From NCBI GenBank assembly GCA_963740315.1, contig CAVUDP010000001.1:608001-672000 (forward strand): a stretch of DNA of 64,000 nucleotides, in the 5' to 3' direction. Below, one piece after another: positions 9,508 through 20,431 of the stretch (the first letter of the stretch is position 1; every line of letters starts with the position of its first letter). Both the position numbers and the translations under genes were made by a program. A model generated the notes under the pieces. That model did no database searches. It saw only the letters and a program-made list of their open reading frames with translations, and was not told the origin of the DNA. This DNA is from an uncultured cyanobacterium. GTDB taxonomy: Bacteria > Cyanobacteriota > Cyanobacteriia > Cyanobacteriales > Nostocaceae.

Positions 9508-11463
9508 TTATTTGTGAGGAAAAAATAAGGCAGCTTCAATCTCTTGACGCACTGCAAGTGTGACTTCACAGTTGCTATTAAGGCAATCAATCAGCAACTG
9601 ATTGGCATAATAATATTGTTCCAAAACTTTCTGCTGCTCGGGGCTAAAGTCCCAGTGAGACTGTATGTTGTAATTCGGATTGGTTTGGGTAAGACCGAGA
9701 TAAAAATCACCAGTTACAGCTAAAGTGGCTTGCGGTATAACTATTTGGGTCGTCCAAATTAAAAACTCTTGAAGATAAATATCTGGGGCGATTAGAGCAT
9801 CAATTTTTTGCTTCATCAACTGTACCAAAAAGTCTGCGCTCCGCAACATAGCAGCCGTCAGCAAAAAAATTTCGCGCCACCGTGGTTCGGTAAGATGACT
9901 AACCAAATGGGACAAGGCTTGTAATGACTGTAAATCAGGACTGGCAACAATTTTTCGAGCCGTGAAGTATTCTTGAAACGTTAAAGAAGAAAAAGAAAAA
10001 ACTCCTCGCACCCGTTCCGTCAAGATTCCGTGTTGCAATTCAATCGCTTTGAGCACCACTTCGCTATCGAGTTGTAATTCTTCTGCTTCTGTGGGTGCAT
10101 TTGGTAAGTTACTTATAAAATCGCCAATATACTGTTCTACAACTCGTTGTCCAAAAAAGTAATTACCACGTTCAAATGTCGAGAAAGCAATCTGACTCAT
10201 TAGCTTGAGTTTTTGTGGCAATAAAAACCCCTGATAAACTTCATCTCGCTCAATACCTCTAATGTCATCCCATTTGCCTAAAAGAAGCTCTAAACATTGC
10301 TTATAGAATTCGGCTTTCTGAGTGGGAAATTTCTTTTGGCAATGAAACACCCAACAAGCAAGATGTAGAAAAAGGGGCGTAATTACAAGTCTTCGGAATG
10401 GCAAGTTTTCAGGTAAATCCAGTTTTTCAATAAACTGAACTGCCATATCCATCTGATTTCGACTGGTGTTTTTAGTAAATACTGCAAACCACTTTTGAGC
10501 AAAGTCGATAATTTGCGATCGCGTAAAGGCTGCGATTTCGATATCGGTAAAGCCTTTGAGGTGAAATGCTTTAGCAGCCGATCGGCAGGTGACGACGAAC
10601 AAATTCTGGGGATATTTCTCGGAGAATCGGCGAATTTCCTTTAAAACTGCGTTATTGTCTTGATGGGGTACTTCATCGAGTCCATCGAGCAACAGTAACA
10701 TTCTGCCTTCACGCAGTAAACTTTCGCTATTCTGTTCATCCTCAATTCCATTAGCGAACAATTCAGAATTGATGTAGTTTAATAAACTGAACGCCCCTGC
10801 ATTTGAATCGTCAGCAAAATCCCTTAAAGTGATAAAAATGGGAACTAGATTCGCAGCAAAGTGACCTCGGTTGCATTGTATAGCCAAATGTTGCAAAAAA
10901 GTAGTTTTACCACATCCTGGTTTACCAAATAACCTCAGCTTAGAGTTAGTTTCCACCGCCCTCATGGCTGGTATTTGTTTCTCAGATCCCAACTCAAAAC
11001 GGTCAAATTCTTCGGCAGTAGGATTTTGCCCCTTGGAAATGTCTAACCACTGTTGACTGGCAATTTCCGGCAATATATTGATATCAATGTAAATCTTTTC
11101 AATTTCAACAGGACGGTTAGTGTCTAATAACTGTAAAGTACCGCACTGGTGTTGAATTTTGTTTCCATGCTGCGATCGCACTTTCTTTACCAGCGCATCA
11201 ATATTTATAGATACCTCTCCGAATTCAGAAAGTTCGGCTGGGGGTGAGCTAGCAGTTTCACGCCAATTTAGCTCCAAAACAGAGCAAATTTCCATAAAGG
11301 TATAGCGTTCTACGGGACGACCTGTAAAAAACCTCCAAACTGGCTGGCGAGTTTTGAGGTTAACTTCTCCTGCCAAATTTTCTTGAGTCCAACCTTTATT
11401 GGTAAAAGCTCTTTTCGCTTGCTTGATACCAATTGGCGATGCCTGGAGTGAGCGTTTTGCCAC
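9508..11463 (-). CDS. NACHT NTPase with N-terminal XRE-like HTH and short C-terminal helical domain
   Basis: 'GWTQENLA' HTH; Walker A GKPGCGKTT; Walker B LLLLDGLDE; 'TPLFL'; 'TFQEYFTA'; GTG start. Confidence 0.88.
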   Translation of the reverse strand: MAKRSLQASPIGIKQAKRAFTNKGWTQENLAGEVNLKTRQPVWRFFTGRPVERYTFMEICSVLELNWRETASSPPAELSEFGEVSINIDALVKKVRSQHGNKIQHQCGTLQLLDTNRPVEIEKIYIDINILPEIASQQWLDISKGQNPTAEEFDRFELGSEKQIPAMRAVETNSKLRLFGKPGCGKTTFLQHLAIQCNRGHFAANLVPIFITLRDFADDSNAGAFSLLNYINSELFANGIEDEQNSESLLREGRMLLLLDGLDEVPHQDNNAVLKEIRRFSEKYPQNLFVVTCRSAAKAFHLKGFTDIEIAAFTRSQIIDFAQKWFAVFTKNTSRNQMDMAVQFIEKLDLPENLPFRRLVITPLFLHLACWVFHCQKKFPTQKAEFYKQCLELLLGKWDDIRGIERDEVYQGFLLPQKLKLMSQIAFSTFERGNYFFGQRVVEQYIGDFISNLPNAPTEAEELQLDSEVVLKAIELQHGILTERVRGVFSFSSLTFQEYFTARKIVASPDLQSLQALSHLVSHLTEPRWREIFLLTAAMLRSADFLVQLMKQKIDALIAPDIYLQEFLIWTTQIVIPQATLAVTGDFYLGLTQTNPNYNIQSHWDFSPEQQKVLEQYYYANQLLIDCLNSNCEVTLAVRQEIEAALFFPHK

Positions 11464-11773
11464 GAGGAAATACCATAACCAAGTTTTTTTGTCAAGATGC
11501 TGTAAAAGTTAAAAATGTTATTTGTGAACTTTTACTGTTTCATCGTAACGTTTTCTTAGCAATTAAGATACTCGATATCAAGTTAATTGCATGATAATTA
11601 CAGGGATAAGCCAGTGTAGATAAGAACTTTAGATATATTTCTATAGAAGGCAAATCTATATAATAATAAATTTTTAAATTTTAATGTTGACTTTGCGATC
11701 GCATTGGTGGAGTAATATCAAAGTCCGGTTACTACTCCACGAATGCTATCTATTTATAATGCCTAGCGGTTGC

Positions 11774-12175
11774 TTAAGAAGGCATCAATACTGTATCAAT
11801 AACGTGAATTACACCGTTATCAGCGCTAACATCAGCTTTTGAAACTGTAGCATCATTAATTTTGACACCATTACTAGCGTCAATTTTTAGTTCTGAACCT
11901 TCAACTGTTTTAGCTGATTTTAGTTTAGCTGCGTCAGCTGCCATAACCTTGCCTGAAACAACGTGATAGGTCAAGATTTTCTTGAGCTTGGGAACATCCT
12001 TAAGCAATGCATCTACTGTGCCATCGGGAAGCTTAGCAAATGCGTCATCGCTGGGTGCGAAAACGGTGAATGGACCTTTGCCTTTGAGAGTATCTACTAA
12101 ACCAGCAGCTTTAACAGCAGCAACTAAAGTATTAAAAGAACCAGCGCCAACTGCGGTATCTACGATATCAGCCAT
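11774..12175 (-). CDS. Fasciclin (FAS1) domain protein
   Basis: '[13 protein letters not shown]', 'ILTYHVV', '[11 protein letters not shown]'. Confidence 0.93.
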   Translation of the reverse strand: MADIVDTAVGAGSFNTLVAAVKAAGLVDTLKGKGPFTVFAPSDDAFAKLPDGTVDALLKDVPKLKKILTYHVVSGKVMAADAAKLKSAKTVEGSELKIDASNGVKINDATVSKADVSADNGVIHVIDTVLMPS

Positions 12176-12428
12176 TTTTTTCACCCTTTATGTAATTTTC
12201 TAACAGTTATCAACATGACATCCTGCTGTTAGAAATCATGTTTGAGCAAGGGTTTGAACAGTGTATAGTTTGTATAAATTGTCTGATAACGATACAAAAA
12301 TTTACAATAGACATCTCTGGAAATGAAAAAGACCTCTCTCCTGCAAGAAGTTCCGGCTTCATTTTCCCCCTTCTCTATAAGGGAAGGGGGGTTAGGTCGA
12401 GGTAAAGATATGAAAGCTTTAAATTACC

Positions 12429-14042
12429 CTACTGAATATCAAAACCGAACACAGCATCGTTAAAGTCATTATCGCTAACACCAAGATTGCTGGGAAGGTC
12501 TTCAAAGCCGAAAATATTATTTCCACGAGATTGTAAGTGTTGAGTTCCATCGGGATTCGCTTCAGTAATGCCGAAGTAAGCTACTACATCATCGATAAAT
12601 TCAGCAGCGTTGTTAAACTCACTATTTTCTTGATTCTCATTACTGATAAATCCTTCAAAACCTAAATTACCACCATTGGCAATTACAAAAGGTACATACG
12701 AACGACCTCCGTTGAGAATAACATCTCCAAATTCTTCGGCTGAAGTGTTTTTACTTTCATCTCCTGATGAACCAGCTCGCAACACAAAATCATCAATGCG
12801 ATTTTCAATTGCAGCTTGTGCGTAACCTTCTTGTCCGGGAAGGAAATCGGCTACAGCATCGCCATCAATATCTATTCCGCCGTTTGCATCAACTACTTCG
12901 TATAAACCGATAAGATTGTCAAAGGCTGCATCTGTTCCTAAATCCAACACATCATCAGCAAGTTGAGTAACGATATTAGTCCCATCATCGATTGAGGTGG
13001 CATCAAAAATTAAATTGCTCATTGCATCGCTTTCGTTAAAAGCAATCTGGACAATTTGATTATCTTCTGAGGCACCTTCAACTTCGGGTGTTGGTTCGGG
13101 TGTTGGTTCGGGTGTTGGTTCGGGCGTTGATTGAAGTGTTAGTTCGGGTGTTAGTTCGGGTGTTGGTTCGGGTGTTGGTTCGGGTGTTGGTTCGGGGGTT
13201 GGTTCGGGGGTTGGTTCAACGCTTATCTCTACTGTTGTTGCTTCTTGGGAATTAACCTTACCATCGCTGAGAGTATAGGTAAAGCTATCGGTTCCACTAA
13301 AGCGATCGTTCGGCGTATATGTAAACGAGCCATCATTATTAAAATTGAGACTACCGTTATCTGGAGCATCCGCGATCGAAGCACTTAATCGATCGCCAAC
13401 ATCAGCATCGCTGTCATTTGCTAATACTCCTTTATCTGTATCCACATTAAATATTTGACCCGCCACCGCAGTGTAGCTATCCTCTTGACCAACTGGAGGG
13501 GTGTTTGTTGGTTCGGGTTCTGGTTCGGGTTCTGGTTCGGGTTCTGGTTGAGGTTCTGGTTCAGGTTCAGGTTCCGGTTCAAGCTCTGGTTCTGGTTGAG
13601 GCTCTGGTTGAGGTTCAGGCTGAGGTTCGGGTTCGGGTTCTGGCTCTGGTGTTTGACTTTCCGCATCTTCTATAACTAGAGTTGCCGAACTAGCATTTGG
13701 ATCGACTGTATACCTCTGACTCGGTAGCACTGTAAAAGTAAAATCCTCGACTCTATCAGGAACATCATCATCCAAAATCGGTAGAGTTAAAGTTGCTGTT
13801 TGTTCGAGAAGTCGAATATCTAAAATTCCACCATTAAAACCTGCTAACGAAGCATTTTCAAATGCAGTACCGAATATGACTCCGGTTATGTCGAATTGAT
13901 TTTGGATATTTTCAAGGTTGCTACTTAGACTAACAACCAAACCCCCTTCTGGTATTGGTTCGCTTGAAGTGAGTGTAACAGTAAGTGTAGTTCGCTCTTC
14001 TTCTATAAGAACATCAGGAGTTGCACTAATTCCAATTGCCAT
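12429..14042 (-). CDS. Surface/secreted protein with PE- and PT-rich linkers, cadherin-like (Big_9) domain and DUF4114-like C-terminus
   Basis: EPEP and PEPT repeats; '[10 protein letters not shown]...DGSFTYTP...DSFTY'; C-terminal 'FGFEDL....SDNDFND'. Confidence 0.75.
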   Translation of the reverse strand: MAIGISATPDVLIEEERTTLTVTLTSSEPIPEGGLVVSLSSNLENIQNQFDITGVIFGTAFENASLAGFNGGILDIRLLEQTATLTLPILDDDVPDRVEDFTFTVLPSQRYTVDPNASSATLVIEDAESQTPEPEPEPEPQPEPQPEPQPEPELEPEPEPEPEPQPEPEPEPEPEPEPTNTPPVGQEDSYTAVAGQIFNVDTDKGVLANDSDADVGDRLSASIADAPDNGSLNFNNDGSFTYTPNDRFSGTDSFTYTLSDGKVNSQEATTVEISVEPTPEPTPEPTPEPTPEPTPELTPELTLQSTPEPTPEPTPEPTPEVEGASEDNQIVQIAFNESDAMSNLIFDATSIDDGTNIVTQLADDVLDLGTDAAFDNLIGLYEVVDANGGIDIDGDAVADFLPGQEGYAQAAIENRIDDFVLRAGSSGDESKNTSAEEFGDVILNGGRSYVPFVIANGGNLGFEGFISNENQENSEFNNAAEFIDDVVAYFGITEANPDGTQHLQSRGNNIFGFEDLPSNLGVSDNDFNDAVFGFDIQ

Positions 14043-14290
14043 AATTCGATTGCTATAACTTGCAAATAATATTTATACGTAAGTATTATACTTCTCAAGC
14101 AATTAGATAAAAGTCACTAATCTGTGGTACCTCATATTTGGTACCACAACCAGTGTTGTCGCTTAGTCTTGATATATTTTCAGCTATAGCTTATGCTGAA
14201 AAATTATCTAAAAACTGGTGGTTATTTTCATTAATTACTCCCCGCTCTCCCCCCTCTCATTCATTCGGTAATCATAAAGCCGGGATAGGA

Positions 14291-14323
14291 GTATGAGACG
14301 CGATATATCGCGTCTCATACTAC
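14291..14323. repeat. REP-like palindrome
   Basis: GTATGAGACGCGAT AT ATCGCGTCTCATAC followed by TAC. Confidence 0.6.
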
Positions 14324-14369
14324 AATCTGTGCGGTTTCAACCCTGAAGGTAAATGGTATTTTCTATTCC

Positions 14370-15413
14370 CTATTTCCTATGCAGCGATAAATCCATCAAA
14401 TTCGCTAATTTCAAAACTACCCGCGCACCAACATTACCATCCCATTGGGCATCACCGACTTCACAAACATCAAAACCAATAATTTTTTTACCGCTGTTTA
14501 CTACTTCTCGAATCAAACAATAAGCTTGTTCTAACTCCAAACCTCCAGGAACCGGAGTTCCTGTATTTGAGCAAAGTTTGGGGTCTAAACCATCGGCATC
14601 AAAGCTAACATAAACGTATTCGGGTAAATGACTAACAATTTGCTTACATAAATCGATCCAAGTAGTTCCAGAATAAAGCTTTTGCTTGGTTATTGAGTCG
14701 TAATAAGCAACTATTCTATTGTTAGATTGGTTTATCATTTCTACTTCATCATGGCAAATATCCCGCAAACCTACCTGTACTAACTTTGATATCTGCGGTA
14801 GTTTCATTGCGTTGTACATAATTGAAGCATGAGAAAACTCAAAACCTTCATAAGCGTTACGTAAATCTGCATGAGCATCTACGTGTAAAATCCCATAGTT
14901 CGAGTAATTTTCTGCTAACACTTGCATATAGCCCAAAGGTGAACTGTGATCCCCTCCGATAACTGCAACCTGCTTACCATCGGCGATCGCTTGCTGAGAT
15001 TTATTAAACAACCACTTGTTTACATTTTCGCAAGCTTGGTTAATTTCCGTTAGTAGTGGCGTTAAATTTGGTGCATCTGTTAAAGATTTACCTTGTTCCA
15101 ATCGTTCAATAATTGTTGCAGCTAGCTGTCGGTAATATTTATTTTTATCTAACATATCTTGAGGAATTCCCATCATAAAAATTCCCTGCTTCCACCCATC
15201 GGGATTATCAAAATCAAATAAATCTAACTGTGGTGAAGCATCGAGAATTTGTTGCGGTGCGTTAGCGGTACCCGCACCATAGGAAACAGTCACTTCCCAA
15301 GGTACGGGAATAATAATTAAGTTTGCAGAATCGTAATCGAAGGGTAAACCGAAGATATTACCGTTGATTTGTCCGACATCGCTGGGGTTGTAATTTTGGT
15401 AGTGGTTGTTCAT
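14370..15413 (-). CDS. Agmatinase/arginase (ureohydrolase) family protein
   Basis: 'GGDHS', 'DAHAD', 'SFDADGLDP', 'TGTPVPGG'. Confidence 0.9.
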   Translation of the reverse strand: MNNHYQNYNPSDVGQINGNIFGLPFDYDSANLIIIPVPWEVTVSYGAGTANAPQQILDASPQLDLFDFDNPDGWKQGIFMMGIPQDMLDKNKYYRQLAATIIERLEQGKSLTDAPNLTPLLTEINQACENVNKWLFNKSQQAIADGKQVAVIGGDHSSPLGYMQVLAENYSNYGILHVDAHADLRNAYEGFEFSHASIMYNAMKLPQISKLVQVGLRDICHDEVEMINQSNNRIVAYYDSITKQKLYSGTTWIDLCKQIVSHLPEYVYVSFDADGLDPKLCSNTGTPVPGGLELEQAYCLIREVVNSGKKIIGFDVCEVGDAQWDGNVGARVVLKLANLMDLSLHRK

Positions 15414-15502
15414 GGTAAGTGGTAATAAAAATAGGAATACAAACTATGTTAAACGCTGATTACAAAATGTAACCTATTAAAATTTTGGCGTTACTGATTA
15501 AA

Positions 15503-15656
15503 AGTGGTTAGCTGTGATTTGAGGCACTTATCGATCCCCCCTAACCCCCCGCTGATTTGGGGGGAATTGGAATCAAAGTCCCCCTTAAAAAGGGGGATTT
15601 AGGGGGATATAAAACGTTTTGCTACCAATAAGAAGACTTTTAAAACATCCTTTAAA
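15503..15656. mobile_element. Dispersed MITE-like GGGGG/CCCCC double-hairpin element
   Basis: Reverse-complement similar to 40354-40460; ends in CTTTTAAAACATCCT, like the copy at 40310-40474. Confidence 0.55.
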
Positions 15657-15820
15657 GGCGCACAAATTAATATGATTTATAATGAAAAATATTTATCGCG
15701 CCGTAACCCAACATCTCATATTATTGTTAATTTAGGGATTTGAGTTCCCAAATGTAATACGCAATAAAGATATTTTAACAATTAAACTTCAAAAAAATAA
15801 ACTATAAAATATAAGCTCCT

Positions 15821-17473
15821 ATGTTACCTCTTCACCCACTTTCAGATTTTATCAATATCAATTCTACGATCGCTTATTCATCTCCTACTTATTATTATCA
15901 AGGATATTCTCATGGCGAATTGCTACAGCTTCCGCGCACTCCTCAAGCAGAAGCGATCGCTTGTGGTTTGATGCGACAGCTAGCCACTGATAAAGTATAT
16001 TCCCATGAAGGTAAAATGTACGGAATATTATTAGTAGAATTGCCAGATGGCGAAAAACGAGTACTTAAAGCTTTTTCGGGGTTGCTCAATAGTAATAGTG
16101 TAGTTGTAGGTTGGGTTCCACCAATTCCCGGTAGAGAAGAAGTAGTATTAGAAGAAAGCCGCACTTTAGCCGAATTGTCAGCTATTAAACAAGAAATTAT
16201 TCAACTCAAACAACTTTCTGAAAAAAAAGAATATGAAATTATAGCGTTAGATTTTGAACAACGTTTGCAAGAAATGGGTAAACATCATCAAATTAGCAAA
16301 CAAAAACGCGATGAAAAACGCCAGCTATTTTATAAAACTCTGAAGGAAGAACAATTAAATATAGAGTTAGAAAAACTAAAAGAAGCAAGTCGTCAGCAAG
16401 GAATTGAGCGGAAGTTACTCAAACGACAGCGCGATCAAGTTTTAGAACCGATAGAGCAAGTTATTAATAATGCAGATATGCGGATCCGAGAATTAAAACA
16501 ACAGCGCAAGGAAATATCTCGCAAGCTACAAAAACAAATGCACGCTGCTTATTCTGTAATGAATTTTTTGGGTAATTCGTCTACTTTGCAGCAAATAATG
16601 CCGCACTTACCTACAGGTACGGGTGATTGTTGTGCGCCGAAATTACTTCATTATGCTGCAACTAATAAGTTAAAACCGTTAGCGATGGCTGAATTTTGGT
16701 GGGGAGAATCCGATCGAGATAAAATTCAAGGGAAATTTTATGGTGCTTGTGTCGATCGCTGTCAGCCGTTAATGGGTTTTTTGTTATCGGGTTTGACTAA
16801 TTCTTCAAAAGTTTTAAGCTCTCTGGGGGAAGAAATTCCGATTATCTACGAAGACAAATGGTTAATTGCTGTAAATAAACCCGCTGGTTTACTATCAGTT
16901 CCCGGAAGGTATCATCACAATCAAGATAGCGTTGTCAGTCGCTTAAATAATTTATTAATATTGCCCGACGGCGAAAGTATTGCGGCGGTACATCGGTTGG
17001 ATATGGATACTTCTGGTATTTTACTATTAGCAAAAGATAAAAAAACTTACCGTTTATTCAGCAAGCAGTTTGAACAAAGACTGGTTAATAAAGTTTATGA
17101 AGCTAAAATTTGCGGTAATTTAGCGATCGATAAAGGTGCGATCGAATTACCGTTGTGGGGAGATCCCGAAAATCGTCCGTATCAACAAGTAAATTACGAT
17201 CGTGGGAAACCTTGTATAACTAAGTTTCAAGTTTTAGTATTAAATAAAGAAGCAAATTACACTCGTATAGAATTTATTCCTTTAACGGGAAGAACCCATC
17301 AATTAAGAGTTCATGCTGCCGATCGCAAGGGTTTGGGTATGCCTATTTTAGGGGATAAGCTTTACGGATGTGACATCGAGGCAAATCGGTTACATCTACA
17401 CGCAAGGGAACTGACATTTGAACATCCGCATACGGGAGAAAAGATAGATTTGAAAGCGGAAACGCCCTTTTAA
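15821..17473 (+). CDS. RluA-family pseudouridine synthase with long N-terminal extension
   Basis: 'VNKPAGLLSVPG', catalytic 'HRLDMDTSG', 'TGRTHQLRVH', 'LHLHA'. Confidence 0.9.
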   Translation: MLPLHPLSDFININSTIAYSSPTYYYQGYSHGELLQLPRTPQAEAIACGLMRQLATDKVYSHEGKMYGILLVELPDGEKRVLKAFSGLLNSNSVVVGWVPPIPGREEVVLEESRTLAELSAIKQEIIQLKQLSEKKEYEIIALDFEQRLQEMGKHHQISKQKRDEKRQLFYKTLKEEQLNIELEKLKEASRQQGIERKLLKRQRDQVLEPIEQVINNADMRIRELKQQRKEISRKLQKQMHAAYSVMNFLGNSSTLQQIMPHLPTGTGDCCAPKLLHYAATNKLKPLAMAEFWWGESDRDKIQGKFYGACVDRCQPLMGFLLSGLTNSSKVLSSLGEEIPIIYEDKWLIAVNKPAGLLSVPGRYHHNQDSVVSRLNNLLILPDGESIAAVHRLDMDTSGILLLAKDKKTYRLFSKQFEQRLVNKVYEAKICGNLAIDKGAIELPLWGDPENRPYQQVNYDRGKPCITKFQVLVLNKEANYTRIEFIPLTGRTHQLRVHAADRKGLGMPILGDKLYGCDIEANRLHLHARELTFEHPHTGEKIDLKAETPF

Positions 17474-17600
17474 ATTACGAATTATTCGATCGCAGGATTT
17501 CCCAAAAATAGTAAATTACACTACAATATATCTTTTACCTGTGTTGGTAAAAAGTTTATTACGATTTCGTCTAAATATACAGATATTCGGGAGTTAAGCT

Positions 17601-18854
17601 GTGAGCATTGAGACTCTTGTTCAACAAGCCAACCAGTCATCTACCCCTTTTAATAAAGAAAGCTTTGATGAAGTTGTCATGTCCACTTACGGGCGTTTTC
17701 CTATAGCCTTGGAAAAAGGTGATGGATGCCGTTTGTGGGATACCGAAGGCAAGGAATATCTCGACTTTGTTGCGGGAATTGCTACTTGTACTTTGGGACA
17801 CGCCCATCCCGCATTGATAGAAGCGGTAACGCAGCAAATTCAAAAAATACACCACGTTTCAAATTTATACTACATTCCCGAACAGGGGGAACTAGCACGT
17901 TGGATAGTCGATCATTCCTGTGCCGATAAAGTATTCTTCTGTAACTCCGGTGCGGAAGCAAACGAAGCGGCGATTAAATTGGCGCGGAAATACGCTCATA
18001 CCGTTTTAGATATTGATAAACCAATTATTTTAACGGCAAACGCCAGTTTCCACGGACGCACTTTAGCAACAATTACCGCTACCGGGCAACCCAAGTATCA
18101 CAAAAACTTTAATCCTTTGGTGCCGGGATTTCATTACGTACCCTACAACGATATTGATGCGATCGAAGCAGCAATTAGCGAGTTAGATGAAGGTGATTAT
18201 GGTGTCTGTGCGATCTTGTTAGAACCGTTACAGGGAGAAGGCGGCGTTCGTCCTGGAGATGTAAAATATTTTCAAAAGCTGCGATCGATCTGCGATGAAA
18301 CTGGCATCTTACTAATGTTTGATGAAGTACAAGTCGGAATGGGGCGTAGTGGTAACTTGTGGGGTTACGAACACCTGGGAGTCGAACCAGACGTTTTCAC
18401 CAGCGCCAAAGGTTTGGGGGGCGGTATCCCCATTGGTGCGATGATGGCGAAAAAATTCTGCGCTGTATTTGAATCGGGAGAACACGCTAGCACCTTCGGC
18501 GGTAATCCATTCGTTTGTGCGATCGCCCTCGCCGTTTGCCATACTTTGGAAAAAGAGAATATTTTACAAAACGTCTGCGATCGAGGCGAACAACTGCGGC
18601 AGGGTTTGCAGGATATAGCCGCAAAATATCGCGATCGCATTGCCGAAGTACGCGGTTGGGGTTTAATTAACGGAATGGAACTACAAGCAGACATTGAGTT
18701 AAGTGCCATTGATGTAGTGAAAGCTGCAATGAACGAAGGTTTATTGTTAGTACCCGCAGGTACCAAAGTTGTGCGTTTTGTACCACCGTTGATTGTCACC
18801 GAAGCACAAGTTGATACGGCGTTGCAGATTGTCGATCGAATTATCAAGGGTTAA
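17601..18854 (+). CDS. argD: Acetylornithine aminotransferase
   Basis: Class III PLP aminotransferase: 'NSGAEANEAAIK', 'FHGRT', 'DEVQVGMGRSG', 'AKGLGGG', 'HASTFGGNP'. Confidence 0.92.
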   Translation: MSIETLVQQANQSSTPFNKESFDEVVMSTYGRFPIALEKGDGCRLWDTEGKEYLDFVAGIATCTLGHAHPALIEAVTQQIQKIHHVSNLYYIPEQGELARWIVDHSCADKVFFCNSGAEANEAAIKLARKYAHTVLDIDKPIILTANASFHGRTLATITATGQPKYHKNFNPLVPGFHYVPYNDIDAIEAAISELDEGDYGVCAILLEPLQGEGGVRPGDVKYFQKLRSICDETGILLMFDEVQVGMGRSGNLWGYEHLGVEPDVFTSAKGLGGGIPIGAMMAKKFCAVFESGEHASTFGGNPFVCAIALAVCHTLEKENILQNVCDRGEQLRQGLQDIAAKYRDRIAEVRGWGLINGMELQADIELSAIDVVKAAMNEGLLLVPAGTKVVRFVPPLIVTEAQVDTALQIVDRIIKG

Positions 18855-19069
18855 AGGTTAAAGGTTTTGGATTATCCTCGTCAAGATTGAGTCGGGGTTC
18901 AATCCAAAATCTAAAATCTAAAATCTAATTTAAGTATTGTTTGTTTATTAATATTTAGTATTTTCTTCAGTAAAATGATATTTTTGCGTTCGAGTGCGGA
19001 TGCCGAAAGGTTTATATAGAAGCAACATAGGCATCTTATTTATGCTATTCTATAAGTCAGATGATTGAG

Positions 19070-19147
19070 TTCGGTTGTTCAGTTTGTTCGATTATGTGTT
19101 GCAGACTTCTCCGGATGTAAATCTCATCACAATGTTAGTTCTGGAGA
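19070..19147 (+). promoter_or_regulatory. rbp 5' UTR with conserved boxes and RBS
   Basis: TTCGGTTG, TTTGTTCG and TCTCCGGA resemble the conserved boxes of cold-regulated cyanobacterial rbp leaders; CTGGAGA RBS. Confidence 0.5.
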
Positions 19148-19153
19148 CGATGT

Positions 19154-19471
19154 ATGTCGATTTACGTGGGCAATCTCTCTTATGAGGTTGCGGAAGAAGA
19201 CTTAAAGCAAGTCTTCGTGGAGTATGGGGATGTGAAAAGTATTTATTTACCATTGGATCGAGAATCGGGACGTATTAGAGGCTTCGCATTTGTAGAGATG
19301 GGAACGGATGCAGAAGAAGCTAACGCAATAGAATCTCTTGATGGCGCGGAATGGATGGGGCGCAGTCTACGAGTAAATAAAGCTAAGCCAAAACCAGAAC
19401 GAAGTTCTTCCGGTGGTGGTGGTAGATGGGGCGGAAATAGTGGTGAAGGATATAATAATAGACGCTACTAA
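19154..19471 (+). CDS. rbp: RRM RNA-binding protein with Gly-rich tail
   Basis: RNP2 'IYVGNL', RNP1 'RGFAFVEM', glycine-rich C-terminus. Confidence 0.95.
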   Translation: MSIYVGNLSYEVAEEDLKQVFVEYGDVKSIYLPLDRESGRIRGFAFVEMGTDAEEANAIESLDGAEWMGRSLRVNKAKPKPERSSSGGGGRWGGNSGEGYNNRRY

Positions 19472-19505
19472 GCCCAATTAAAAAATTATTAGACTTTGTA
19501 GTATG

Positions 19506-19535
19506 AAGGGCATACGATAAATTTGCCCTTTTTTT
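19506..19535 (+). terminator. Hairpin plus U-tract between rbp and rpsU
   Basis: AAGGGCA...TGCCCTT followed by TTTTT. Confidence 0.55.
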
Positions 19536-19612
19536 GCTCGCAGTTAATGTTACTGTTTACATCTAAGCATTAATTGCAATACTCGATGGTTTTAGTTTAG
19601 ATAGGAGAAAGA

Positions 19613-19801
19613 ATGACCCAAATAGTTGTAGGCGAAAACGAAGGAATTGAATCAGCATTACGTAGATTCAAGCGCGAAGTTTCAAAAGCTGGCATAATGC
19701 CGGATATCAAGAAGCATCGCCACTTTGAAACGCCTCTACAAAAGCATAAGCGTAAAGCAATTGCTAGATCCAAGCAGCGTAAGAGACGCTTTAAATACTA
19801 A
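19613..19801 (+). CDS. rpsU: 30S ribosomal protein S21
   Basis: '[31 protein letters not shown]'; AGGAG RBS. Confidence 0.96.
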   Translation: MTQIVVGENEGIESALRRFKREVSKAGIMPDIKKHRHFETPLQKHKRKAIARSKQRKRRFKY

Positions 19802-20431
19802 AGACAACTTTATTGTCTAAAATTTTCTTGATTTTTGCAGGAAGATGAGTTAGGTGAATATTCTGGTGGATCAATTATCAGTCATCAATTATCAACTATC
19901 AATTTTATATTGGTAATTGTTTATTGATAATTGTCTTCCCTTTCTATTTTAGAATTTAACGAATAACTATTTACTACAATCCAGCAAGTAGCTAATGTGA
20001 CTGGTATTGATATAAGTATTAAGTAAAACAACGGCGGAGAACGTTGTTTTTTTTTAGTAGCAAAAATACTCCTTAACCCCTACTTGAAATACCCAGATTG
20101 ATAGAGGAATTATCTATCAACATATTCTACAAAAGGCAAATTGCAGGAGGTACATTTCTCTTACTCCCTACTCCCTGCTCCCCGCTCCCTTATAACAATA
20201 TGTTCTGTACCTCACTAAAATGAAATCGGCTGTAATTCTCATTGAAAAATTTCAGTAATATCATCAACTGTATTTTTGCGCTTCCTCCCCAGACAGAAAG
20301 TATGCTCAAATCTTTTCAATCGATAGGGAGATGGAGGGAATAAGCTCAAGTGTTTAGATTGAAACGCACAAGCATTACTCAAATTTTATTCAAACCGCTT
20401 CTACACAGGTTTCAAAAATAGGTAAACAATT

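Noticed and set aside
13080..13650. PE/PT tandem DNA repeats as a mobile or regulatory array
   Set aside because: Fully explained as low-complexity linkers of the 537-aa protein
18365..18847. 160-aa antisense ORF (and similar ones within ftsH, dgt, ilvA)
   Set aside because: Antisense shadows of well-supported genes
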